Assembly (NCBI GenBank): GCA_002495675.1 | Contig: DAGH01000023.1 | Span: forward strand, 1,184 to 65,183 | DNA from: Euryarchaeota archaeon UBA182 | GTDB lineage: Archaea > Thermoplasmatota > Poseidoniia > Poseidoniales > Thalassarchaeaceae | Length of the DNA stretch: 64,000 nt | Reading direction: 5' to 3' | Shown: piece after piece, positions 19,080 through 29,500 of the stretch | Layout: each line of letters starts with the position of its first letter | Numbering within the stretch: the first letter of the stretch is position 1 | Translations under genes and position numbers: made by a program | Notes under the pieces: model-generated | What the model saw: only the letters and a program-made list of their open reading frames with translations | The model's database searches: none | What the model was told of the DNA's origin: nothing

Positions 19080-20114
19080 ATGCCCTCTACCACTGTGAAG
19101 AACGCCGTTGCAAAGTCAAAAGATCTGATGGAAGATGGTGATTATGCTGCAGCCCTGTCTATCCTGAGAGACTCTTGGGATAGCAAACTAAGCAAAGGGG
19201 ATCAAATGTTGCTTGTAAGAACCGCGGGACTAGTCCACATGTCACGAGGTCAAAATGACGAGTCGGTTAGGAGGCAGGCATGGAAGGAATCGAGGAAGAG
19301 CTTTGAGCGCGCTCAGAAAATAGACCCAGGAAACAAGGAGACTCGAAAACAACTGAATGCCCTGATGTCCATGATGGACGAGGCCAACATACAAGTCGGT
19401 AGGGGATTCTCTATATTTGCAAATGGCGAGCCCACTCCTTTTGGGTTGTTGGCCATGTTCCTATCGGGTATCGTTCTACTAGCCGTGTTCGGCCAAGGGC
19501 GCGACTTGATTGCAGGGTGGGGTGATGATGACACTCCAGTCTCTCTTGAGGGGGACACCGTCAAGTTCACTGTAAGTTATTACCCCCAAATCGGAGGTCA
19601 GAAGGTCACCAGTGAGATTGACATTCAACTATACGCAGATCTGGCGCCCTCGCACGTTTCCAGTTTTCTCCAACATGTAGAGGCCGGGTTCTATGACCAG
19701 ACAACCTTCCACAGGATAATTGATGATTTCATGATACAAGGGGGGGATTTTGAGAATTCAGATGGAACAGGCGGATATGCTGCGAGTTTCTATGGGTATT
19801 GCAATGGCCAACAGGAGGCTAATGCAGGAGCCTGCTCCTACACTCAATACACACTGCCAGATGAAGCAGACAATGGACTCCAGCACCAGCCTTGCACTAT
19901 CTCGATGGCCAAGACCAGCTCCCCGAACACAGGTGGCAGCCAATTTTTCCTAATCCCGGAGGACAGCACTCCAAGTTGGCTCGATGGTCAACACACCGTT
20001 TTTGGCACGATAATTGCCGGATGCGAGGCGGTCACCAGCATCAGCGAGGTTCCAACGGGCAGTAATGATCGACCGACAAATCCAGTAAATCTAGAATCAG
20101 CTGTATTGCTGTGA
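19080..20114 (+). CDS. Cyclophilin-type peptidyl-prolyl isomerase with N-terminal TPR-like region and TM helix
   Basis: FYDQTTFHRIIDDFMIQGGD, ISMAK...NTGGSQFFL, WLDGQHTVFG; TM GLLAMFLSGIVLLAVFG; N-terminal helical repeat ending AQKIDPGN. Confidence 0.9.
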   Translation: MPSTTVKNAVAKSKDLMEDGDYAAALSILRDSWDSKLSKGDQMLLVRTAGLVHMSRGQNDESVRRQAWKESRKSFERAQKIDPGNKETRKQLNALMSMMDEANIQVGRGFSIFANGEPTPFGLLAMFLSGIVLLAVFGQGRDLIAGWGDDDTPVSLEGDTVKFTVSYYPQIGGQKVTSEIDIQLYADLAPSHVSSFLQHVEAGFYDQTTFHRIIDDFMIQGGDFENSDGTGGYAASFYGYCNGQQEANAGACSYTQYTLPDEADNGLQHQPCTISMAKTSSPNTGGSQFFLIPEDSTPSWLDGQHTVFGTIIAGCEAVTSISEVPTGSNDRPTNPVNLESAVLL

Positions 20115-20160
20115 TACGATTCTCCCGGCACCTTCAATTGCCACCTTCCGGAGGGGATGT

Positions 20161-22848
20161 ATGATGGGCGACACCTTGCCGTTTGATTCGATGAGGATGT
20201 TCGAGAAGTCTGACGGCTCGACGTCTCGTTTTGCGTCGATACAGGCACTAGAAGAGGCAGGACTGTGCGTTATTGACGACCTGCCCTATACTATCCGCAT
20301 ATTGTTGGAGTCTGCACTAAGGCTTTGCGATGAACGATCAATTAACTTAGAGGATATCGAAAATATCGCGTCTTGGAGCCCCGACTGCGAGAGGAGCGAG
20401 ATACCCTACAGGCCCAGCCGAGTATTGCTACAGGACTTCACAGGGGTCCCTGCAGTGGTCGATATCGCGGCGATGCGGGATGCCATGGTCGAGATGGGCG
20501 GAGATCCAAACAAGGTTAATCCTAAGGTACCTGTTGATCTTGTCATCGATCACAGCATACAAGTGGATGCGTCAGGATTGGTCCCCAATGCACTGGAACT
20601 CAACCTTGAGTTTGAATATCATAGGAATATGGAGCGGTATTCATTCTTGAAATGGGGACAGTCGTCCTTCTCTAATTTTCGTGCGGTGCCCCCTGGTCGA
20701 GGGATAGTTCACCAAGTAAATCTAGAATGGATAGCGTCTGTCGCCCGCGAAGAAAATGGAATCTGGTTGCCTGATTCTTTGGTCGGTACTGATAGCCACA
20801 CCACAATGATCAACGGATTGGGAGTGTTAGGTTGGGGAGTAGGAGGCATTGAGGCCGAGGCGGTTATGTTGGGCCAACCAATATACATGCTTCTCCCCGA
20901 GGTGGTTGGAATGGAATTAACCGGTTCCCTCAAACCAGGCGTCACCGCGACGGATATGGCACTCAGGATTGTTGAAATGCTGCGGGAACATGGGGTAGTC
21001 GGTCGATTCGTTGAGTTCTTCGGCAATGGATTGGATTCGTTGAACCTTCCAGATAGGGCCACCATCGCGAACATGGCCCCTGAATACGGGGCAACTTGCG
21101 GTTTCTTCCCAGCAGACCAAGTCACACTGGACTACCTGGTATCATCGGGGAGGGATCCCTCAGGAGTGGAGGACATAGGACGCTACCTGCGGGCGAATTC
21201 CTTGTTCAGGCACGAAACCTCAACAACACCAAAATTCACATCGACGATACATCTTGACCTATCTTCGGTGGTATCGTCAATGGCTGGTCCAAAGCGACCA
21301 CAAGACAGGGTCGAATTGGCGGTAATGAGGGATCATTGGAGGGAATCACTGACAGCACCATTGGGGCACTCTGGTCACGGATTGGACAACGCTGATATTT
21401 CCGAAACTCAGCAACTTGAGGAAAGGGGCACTATCCTCAGCCATGGTTCAGTGGTAATCGCCGCAATCACCAGTTGTACGAACACCAGCAATCCGTCCGT
21501 GATGATAGGAGCTGGACTACTGGCTAGGAATGCCATCAAGGCAGGGCTTTCAATCAAGCCATGGGTCAAACCCAGCCTGGCACCCGGCTCTAGGGTAGTG
21601 ACAGAATACTTGGAGGCGGCGGGTTTGGATGAGGACCTCGCACATTTAGGATTCAACACGGTTGGTTACGGTTGTACGACATGTATAGGGAACTCAGGAC
21701 CCTTGGATGAGGACATAGAACAGGCAATAGACCAGGGAGACCTTGTAGTAGGCAGCGTACTATCCGGAAACAGAAATTTCGAAGGTAGGGTGCATGCCAA
21801 AGTCAAAGCCAATTATCTAGCGAGCCCCCCCTTAGTCGTCGCATATGCAATCGCAGGCCATCTTGATTTTGACTTCTCTTCCGACCCAATGGGATTTGAC
21901 AGGGACGGCCAGCCTGTGTATTTGAGGGACATCTGGCCATCAGATCAGGAAATCGGTGACGTGGTATCAAAGGCCATTTCTCCTCAGATGTATCGTGATC
22001 GATACTCAGACGTCTTGTCCGAGCCACGCTGGGAGGCTATTCCTGCCCGGGACTCTGAATTGTATGAATGGGATCCAAAATCAACATACGTCAGGAGACC
22101 CACCTTCTTGACCGACATCCCCTCGGAAATTGAGCCTATTAAGCCGATCACGGGCGCTCGCGCGCTATTGGTTTTAGGAGACAGTGTCACGACGGATCAC
22201 ATCAGTCCTGCAGGAGCATTCTCGGTTTCTTCACCTGCTGGAGAATACCTTCAGGATCACGGATTAGAAAAGACTGAGTTCAATTCATACGGCAGCAGAC
22301 GCGGAAACCACGAAGTTATGATGAGAGGGACATTTGCCAACGTCCGAATCAAAAACAAATTGGCTCCAGGTACGACCGGGGGATTCACGACCCATATCCC
22401 ATCTAACGAGGTCTTATCCATTTTCGACGCTAGTGTGAGGTACAAAAATGAGGGAACTCCTCTGATCGTTATCGCGGGTAGCCAATATGGAACAGGAAGT
22501 AGCAGGGACTGGGCGGCTAAAGGACCACTTCTGCTAGGGGTAAAGGCAGTAATCGCAACGTCGTTTGAAAGGATACATAGGTCCAATTTGGTCGGGATGG
22601 GAATACTCCCGCTGACATTCACGGAGGGACAAGGGCCTGATGAAATCGGCCTCGACGGTACGGAGTCTTTCGACATTCCATCCCATCTTGCCACAAAGCC
22701 TGGACAGATCATCCCGATAATTGCCAGAAACAAAGCAGGCGGATCAACCAGCTTCGAAGCCAAGGTCAGGCTTGATACACCTGTTGAAGTCGAATACTTT
22801 CAGAATGGTGGAATCCTTCAAACTGTACTCAGGGGTTTGGCAAAATAG
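20161..22848 (+). CDS. acnA: Aconitate hydratase AcnA
   Basis: LQDFTGVP, IDHS, GTDSHTTM, AAITSCTNTSNP, GYGCTTCIGNSG, TTDHISPAG, GSSRDWAAKG. Confidence 0.97.
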   Translation: MMGDTLPFDSMRMFEKSDGSTSRFASIQALEEAGLCVIDDLPYTIRILLESALRLCDERSINLEDIENIASWSPDCERSEIPYRPSRVLLQDFTGVPAVVDIAAMRDAMVEMGGDPNKVNPKVPVDLVIDHSIQVDASGLVPNALELNLEFEYHRNMERYSFLKWGQSSFSNFRAVPPGRGIVHQVNLEWIASVAREENGIWLPDSLVGTDSHTTMINGLGVLGWGVGGIEAEAVMLGQPIYMLLPEVVGMELTGSLKPGVTATDMALRIVEMLREHGVVGRFVEFFGNGLDSLNLPDRATIANMAPEYGATCGFFPADQVTLDYLVSSGRDPSGVEDIGRYLRANSLFRHETSTTPKFTSTIHLDLSSVVSSMAGPKRPQDRVELAVMRDHWRESLTAPLGHSGHGLDNADISETQQLEERGTILSHGSVVIAAITSCTNTSNPSVMIGAGLLARNAIKAGLSIKPWVKPSLAPGSRVVTEYLEAAGLDEDLAHLGFNTVGYGCTTCIGNSGPLDEDIEQAIDQGDLVVGSVLSGNRNFEGRVHAKVKANYLASPPLVVAYAIAGHLDFDFSSDPMGFDRDGQPVYLRDIWPSDQEIGDVVSKAISPQMYRDRYSDVLSEPRWEAIPARDSELYEWDPKSTYVRRPTFLTDIPSEIEPIKPITGARALLVLGDSVTTDHISPAGAFSVSSPAGEYLQDHGLEKTEFNSYGSRRGNHEVMMRGTFANVRIKNKLAPGTTGGFTTHIPSNEVLSIFDASVRYKNEGTPLIVIAGSQYGTGSSRDWAAKGPLLLGVKAVIATSFERIHRSNLVGMGILPLTFTEGQGPDEIGLDGTESFDIPSHLATKPGQIIPIIARNKAGGSTSFEAKVRLDTPVEVEYFQNGGILQTVLRGLAK

Positions 22849-22854
22849 GAGGTG
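22848..22854 (+). promoter_or_regulatory. Shine-Dalgarno GGAGGTG
   Basis: Consensus archaeal SD 5 nt before the TTG at 22860; supports the downstream ORF. Confidence 0.7.
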
Positions 22855-22859
22855 CAGCT

Positions 22860-23462
22860 TTGAAATCCAGACTAGTGTTCAGGCATGATGGCCATGAGAT
22901 CATCGCGGTTATCGAGGGCCCTCAGGCGTGGGTGAAACATTTCTCTGATCAAATAGGCCTGGGCACAGACTCTGGTTGGATGATTGAGCTAACCCATGGG
23001 AAAGGAAAGGACCCACTGAGGCCCAGCAGCGATGAACCAATCTTGCCCGGCCCACCACCTGATCCATCGAGAATACCAGCGGTAATCCGTGAAATTGGTT
23101 CCTTTGATCCTGCACAGAATCAGGATGCCAATGGGCCCCCGGATCTCGATGAAAATGAGCTGAAAATTTTTATCTCTGAGATGCCAGAGCCGCAAATCCC
23201 TCCAGACTCGATATCAATGGACCCGCTTACTGAGGAGTGGCTGAGGCTCGTAATGGCGATCGTCATCACTGAACACGGTCTTTCATCAATAACCCCGCAG
23301 AAGATAGCCGACCTGCTTTCGGAAAGGACGGCCCTTGACGAAATTGCCGTCAGCCTAGCATTGAAGCGTTTGTGGGCCTCTGGAAAGGTGGACAGAATTC
23401 TAACAGATGCAGGTCATGAGTATGCTCCTTCCCCCTCTTGGATACAGGTGTACAGAGATTAA
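22860..23462 (+). CDS. Hypothetical protein, possible C-terminal winged-helix domain
   Basis: TTG start with strong SD directly after acnA; Pro-rich linker; C-terminal ITPQKIADLL...VSLALKRLWASGKVDR resembles a wHTH. Confidence 0.6.
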   Translation: MKSRLVFRHDGHEIIAVIEGPQAWVKHFSDQIGLGTDSGWMIELTHGKGKDPLRPSSDEPILPGPPPDPSRIPAVIREIGSFDPAQNQDANGPPDLDENELKIFISEMPEPQIPPDSISMDPLTEEWLRLVMAIVITEHGLSSITPQKIADLLSERTALDEIAVSLALKRLWASGKVDRILTDAGHEYAPSPSWIQVYRD

Positions 23463-23527
23463 CAACAAGACCCAGCATCGCGCATTTGTTGGTAAATAAT
23501 AAGAGACCATTGCTACTCCGGCGAGCC

Positions 23528-26500
23528 ATGCGCAGCGCAGGCAAGGCGAAAGGAAATGAGAATAGGAGAGTCAAGGCGATCACTCTAGTCGCCATGATGG
23601 TATCCATGACAATGCTTAGTATGATTCCAGCAGCTAGTGCCTCCCAGATCACACAATATGCAGTTCAGAGGGATCCTCATTACGTTGACACAGGGGACTT
23701 AGACTGCGATGGAGACAACGACATCGTTGCGTCTAGCAGCATGGGCTTTTACCTCACGTCTATGTTCAACGACGGCTCCGGAGGCTTCCCTGACAGACAA
23801 GACATATTCATCGCAGGTGGAGTGGGAGATTCCCAACGACAAAACATATTCCAGACTGCAAACAGCCAACAAATCCAGATCGCCGACATAGACGGCGACC
23901 AAATGCCAGACATCGTTTATTTCCAAGAGAATGTTAGATTCGTGGGAGAAACCTTCGTCAGACCTGCTAACCTAACGGTTATTTGGGGCGAGTGTAACAA
24001 GAACACCCATCAATGGGATCGTGACATCATCGAAATCCCCTCGCACCCATTTAGCCAAGGCATGGATGTTGGCGACATAGACGACGATGGCGATGATGAC
24101 ATCGTTCTTGCAACCATGACCCCCGACGGTGGCCAGACTTACGTAGAAGTGTTCAAGGGGCCAGATCCAGGCCCGCAAGCAGATCAGACGATCCTCGTTC
24201 CCGCCCCGACTTATGGCCATTACAGCTACATTGAGTTGGGACAATGGGGTGAGGATCTAGCACAAGACCCCATCACTGGGCAAACTCTCCCCGGTGAATG
24301 CGAAGACCTCGATCTTTGGGTCTTGAGGACTCCGAGATTCAATCCCGGAGCCGGTTATTCCGTGGGCAACTATGACAACATGACCGTATTGGAATTTGAT
24401 TGCGTCACTGGCTTGTATGCTGATCCAAACGTTGGAGGATCTGCAGCCGCTGCTGTCCACGATTTCACCCTAGATGCCGAGCATGGATATGAGCTTGAGA
24501 TCGATGTGGAGGATACGGACGGTGACGGAATCGTCGACATGGTCGCTGCAGTTGATGGTATAGAAGGTAGAATCAGCTATGCAACCCGATCCTCCGTTGG
24601 ATCAAATTGGGACACAAGGAATTACATCAATTTAGGAAACTATAAGGGCGCCTCAATCACGATTTCAGACGTCAATGGTGATGGAAAAATGGACTTCTTC
24701 ATACCCACTGAACTGACTCTGACACGACTACAGGACTCGTCCTCCAGAAACCAAACATACACGACTGTTGAGAACCTTAGAGAACTTAACAGCGTGGAGA
24801 TCATCCTTTCCAACGGTCAGGGGACTGGATACCTCTCCCCAATTTCCTTCGACGTAGGCAGAAGACCGACGGTCGCCGCTCCAGCACAACTCAAAGGAGA
24901 TGACACTACCGCCCAGGAAATCATAATCGGGCAGAGAGACTACTCCTACCGATTTGGGAGCGGAGCCATGTGGATGGACAGCCTTGGTTGGCCCGGAGCA
25001 GGAGATTTCCTGTCGGTGCTCACGCTTGACAACCAAGATGTCGCAATCGATGGATTAACGATCGCACCCGCTTCTACAGACCCCTCCACTGGAGATGCAC
25101 AACTCGGCGAGGGTACTAGATTCGTTAACGTCACTCTGATGAACACTGGCCTAAACCCAGTTAGTGGATCAGTGGACCTCGACCTCGCAGTGAAGGAAGT
25201 CGTCGGCGGGGTAGACACATTGGTGTATTCCAACGATTTCGATGGAAACGAGGACACAACAAACTGCGCTGGTTGTACTTGGGCAGGGGCATCATACACC
25301 TCTGACTTCGCCCCAGGAACATCTTGGCACGCTGAGACGGGTTCAACCGCTGCAACTGAAAACGTGTCCACCTACGAGGCTGACCATAATCCAACAAACT
25401 ACATGTGGGCAGGACTCGACTACAATGGTACTGCTGAGAACAACTCGGGCTACTTCAACAACATGGATGAGGCTTTCATCCTAGAGGACGTCGATCTAAC
25501 TGGGGCCGATGCGGCATTCCTCGATGTCTCCATATTGTGCAGCGTGGCATTCACGAACCTCTTCCTTTCAGAGCCGTACGTCGTTCAGGAGAGATGGCTG
25601 TATGAAGACTCTTGCGGCATCGAGGCCTTCTCTGAGGGGCGTGGATGGGAGAGTGTCTGGTTCCAGGGCGGCTACGACTTAGACCGATACTTCAACATCC
25701 TCCAATTGAACCAAGATCCAGAGTTGGAAATAAAGAACTTCGCCATATATCCACAATACGTCACTGAATGGACGAACTACACAGAAGGCGGTGATGAGGA
25801 TGAAGACGCGAACACACTAGATGCTATCGATCTCACTCCCTATGCGGGGGAGGTGATTGACCTTAGATTCAGATTCAGAAGCGGCCTTTACGGTTCTGTG
25901 GGAACAACGGACACCTCGTATGATACTGGGCTCGATGGTTTCGCATTCGATAACATCACCATCATAAAGAGAAACACGATTTTCGGACAAGAACAATCAA
26001 TCTCGCAACAAGTGAGCTTCCAACCCCTTGCAGCAGGTGAAGAGAGGGAAATCACCCTGTCAGCAGACTTCTTGGATAACACAACCTACTACATTAGCGC
26101 TGGATTGACCAATTTCAACGGATTCATAGACCAGGATCCTATCAATGATGCATTAAAGTTCCAGACCACTGTCAAGAACCTCTATGACCCGGGACTAGCG
26201 GCAGATCCATTCGTCGATTTCGAACCAGGAGTTCGCTACGCATCTGCAGAGTACCCTATCGAAATCATGGTCCAGAACTTTGGGAACACCATTACAAATT
26301 GGACCACAGAGGCAGAAATATTCAATGCATTACCCGATTTGACAGCAATTGAGGACTTCTCGGGAATCAACCCAATCTGGTCCGATGATGGAAACGATAA
26401 CGGAACAAGACTGGATGATTCCACCACTTCGAACCAAGTTCTTCCCCAAAATCAAGGTGTCTTCAAGAACTACGCATACTGGCTGGGTGATCCTGATGTG

Positions 26501-29500
26501 GGCTACGGCGATGATTGGAACGAACCAATGTCCGTAGGGCCAGTCGGAGTCGGCCAAACCGATTCTGACTATTCCTACGTATCCTGGGACTACTACGCAG
26601 AAGGGGACTATCTCGTTGATCAATACGGTAATATTCAGACAGTGAGAGACCAAGCCGCACTGTTCATAGAATGGACGAAACAAGGTCAATCATACAATGG
26701 GCTTGTCCAAGGATCATGGGTAGATCTTAACGAAAATGGCATCCAAAGGACGAATCCTGAAGATCCGCAGTTCCATGCTTGTGAAGATTTCGACAACGAC
26801 GGCAACTACGACGAAGCTGAGTATTTCGGAGACTTCGGAGATCGGGGGTACTACACTTGGTTCGACTCGGAGCAAATCGTAAAGTCGGTCGTGCTGGATC
26901 TCACGCACATCGTCCTTGAGAACAGGACATCAGATGAAGCGTTCCAATGGAGGGATGAATGTACTTCGCTGGAAGGCTCAGAAGTCACTCTCACATGGAG
27001 GTTTATCTCGAACGGAGATGGCATTAATGGAAACGCTGGTTTAGCCGGCTTTGCAATCGACAATATTCGATTTGAGGAATTCACATTCGAAGATGACGGC
27101 AACTACAGTGTGGAGGTCAATGGCCTCGACTCCCAAGAGAGTCAAGTCGTGAACCTCGGAACTCACGACTTCGACTCAGGGCTGTACAGGATCGATGTTC
27201 GAACAATTTTCGACAACAACGATCCAACACAGAAATGGTACAATGCTGAGGAGGTTAATCCAAGCAACAATTTCTCCAAGGTCCAATTCAGCATAGATAG
27301 CGCAGAGATAACCCTTCTACAGCCTAATGTACTCGATTGTGTTGGAGATGTGACTTATGAGTGCGTTTATCCCATCAGTCCGACCTCGGCTCACACATTC
27401 TCTTTGCCAATACTCAACGGTGTGATTGAGGGCGTTTACGAGGTGACTATGTCAGTCGTCGACACAACCACTGGCCAAATGGTCTGGCAAGCAACCTCGG
27501 ACAACGGCCCATTCGACTTGGTTCCGCATCAGCGAGACTTCGCGAATTGGACCCTAGGAAGTAATGCACAAATAGGGTCAACTGGGATGTTCAACTCTTG
27601 GGAGTCAGGAAGGGCCTACAACCTGAGTTGGAACGCTAAGCTAGTCTCGGACGACTCAGAAAATGGAAACAAGAGATACTTTGACATTACATTTATGGAC
27701 GATATTGATGTAGCCATACTCTCCAACCCAACCGATCAGAATCGACTCCAGAGAGTCAAGTCTGACTTGGAATCAATGGGAATGACCTACACTCAGTTCC
27801 GAACTAGTGAGTGGGAAGACTATGTCACTGAAGATTGGACAGGGGTCTACCACAAGGTACTACTTCCGTGGCAGACGGATTACAATGCTGCATACGGAGA
27901 TTATTACCAGAAGCTCAGCGAGGTTAGAACTAGTGGCCTTTCAGTGATAGACGTCCTAGACAATTTCATGGTCAATGGTGGTACACTCCAAGTCCACTTG
28001 GGCCCCTACAGGAATGACTACGTCCCAGATAATCTGCCATTCGGGATGGACATTCAGGAGAGGAATCCGGCCAACTCATCAATTAGATTCGACTATGATG
28101 ATGTTCGAGTGATCGACAGATATCACCCACTCCTTGGAGGAGTTGACCTGACTGCGTTGCAAGGGGTCCACGGTGGACAATATGTCGCCATGTCTGGCCT
28201 GGACATTTCACAGGTCCTCCCGAATCAAGTTCCTGCTGCTTGTGGTGGCAGGATATCTGATCCATTGGGCACCTTCCACAGCCTGCTGGGTAGCATGGAA
28301 TACGGCTCACAGTCTCTGTTGAGCCTCTGCAATAGAGGCAATGGCGGCATGATAGTCACAACAATGGATGTCGAGAATCCCAGCTTCTCCGAGCCTTATG
28401 GGGGCCAAACCATGCCTTTGCTATCGAACATGCTCGGCTACTCAGTGACCCCATATCCATTCGATTTCGGAATTGCAGGCGACACATTTGACCTAACAAT
28501 AAACGGAGTCTCTCCCTCTATCAACACGGTCACTAAGGCCTACAACACGGTCTACATCAAATCTAACTCAGAACTGCAATTCAGTTATGTCTCGGATGCG
28601 ACTGATTTGATCGCAGACTGGACCCTAGAGCCTGGTGGCGAAGACGCCGTGACAGGTTGGAATAGTGAGATAGTGGATCCAGGTGAATTTTCGCACGTCT
28701 CACAGTCCTCCGCGGAGATACCCACGTTGGGATCGTTCTGCGTTGAAAGCACACTGTCCTCGACTGGTTGCTTCATCGGCGCTGAATGGCTCTTGACCCT
28801 GTACCTCCACGATGCTGAAGGCCACACTAGAATGACGTACGTACGACTCATCACAAATGATACTCTTGCCGATGAGTCCGATCCAACGGCCTCCATCAAA
28901 CTCGTCGAGGACTCACTGACTGATGAGTACGTGGAAGACGACGGAACCAAGACCGTGGCAGGCACAGATTGGGATGTGCGTAGAGTTAGGCTAACCCCAA
29001 CTGGCGACATAACCTTGTCTTTCTCAGGGGCGGAAAGTAACGACGCAGATGCTCCAGAAGGAGAAAGCGGCATCCAGATGTATTCATGGAGGGTCTATTT
29101 CGATTACCCAGTCACATCCCAACCTAGCCTTGATGGCCATGTTTTCGACATACCCGCCACTGCCGGTGGAGACTCCTTCAGCTACACCTTTAGGAACGTC
29201 ACCAGCGACGGCACACTCGAGAATCAGATAAGGCTCGAATTAATCGTGTATGACAAAGCAGGGAAGTCCTCCTCAAAAGCAAGGATGTACTTCGTAGTTG
29301 TTGGAGAGGATTTCGGAGACGAACCACCTGTCGTGACATTTAGTTCTCCAAAGCCAAATGACTCCCAGACAGAAGATCGAGTCACAATCAGCGGAACCGT
29401 CGTCTCAGGAGCGGAGAATTCCGACGTTAGGATACAGGTTGCCCTAGCAGATTCTCTGATTCTGGACCTGTCGCCAACGCCCAAGGCTACTCAGAAGCAA

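Noticed and set aside
20115..20160. Iron-responsive-element-like hairpin before acnA (CACCTTC repeated twice; weak stem over the SD)
   Set aside because: No CAGUGN loop and only short, ambiguous pairing; cannot be distinguished from chance.
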